Assembly: GCA_040285855.1 (NCBI GenBank)
Contig: JAUFOQ010000005.1
Location: forward strand, 1,674,001 to 1,738,000
Origin: Eukaryota sp. GEM-RC1
Lineage: Eukaryota
Direction: 5' to 3'
Length of the DNA: 64,000 nt
The notes under the pieces are model-generated. The model did not search any database. It had not been told where the DNA came from and was given only the letters and a program-made list of their open reading frames with translations. Made by a program: the position numbers and the translations under genes. Numbering within the stretch: the first letter of the stretch is position 1; each line of letters opens with the position of its first letter. Below, piece after piece: positions 63,901-64,000 of the stretch.

Positions 63901-64000
63901 AGTCACTGATATTAACAAATTCTATTATATTCAAAAGTTAATCACACACACGTTTACCAAACATTTCCAAGAACCATGTACAATAGTCCGTCGCTCACTC
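60947..64000 (+). CDS. HECT-domain E3 ubiquitin ligase (runs off window; two compensating frameshifts at ~62320 and ~62690)
   Basis: An open frame from ~62699 to the end encodes VNRQSVL...RISFEGEHGVDVKGVRQECF...FCGLLLGKSL...DLGLYFT...LIENGELVPVTDINK. It is the same frame as the 60920-62323 ORF. Confidence 0.88.

Overview
AT-rich, intron-poor DNA from a microbial eukaryote (HECT E3 ligase, PH-domain protein, RNI-like LRRs, Gypsy/CRE/hAT/MULE/Tc1 elements). Bases ~779-45725 are a scrambled, partly inverted mosaic of one ~8-kb unit. The unit holds a Crinkler-like P-loop NTPase gene, a decayed RLE-type (CRE/R2-group) non-LTR element, an LRR pseudogene and unexplained spacers. Younger elements have inserted into individual copies, and empty sites in sister copies define their ends. 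These are three Ty3/Gypsy elements with ~91-103-bp LTRs, two 5'-truncated RLE retroelements, a hAT MITE and a two-ORF DD34E Tc1/IS630-like transposon with an AA target duplication. The most striking signal is in two Gypsy elements with dissimilar LTRs. Both lack a tRNA primer-binding site and instead carry a perfect, covarying palindrome straddling the 5'LTR/internal junction, suggesting tRNA-independent priming. All three Gypsy elements sit co-oriented inside RLE-retroelement 3' regions. From ~49 kb the window holds compact host genes (NRK-like kinase, PH protein, LRR, HECT) and nested non-autonomous DNA transposons. Many single-base frameshifts lie in homopolymers and may be sequencing errors. 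All calls are from manual reading, with no database searches.
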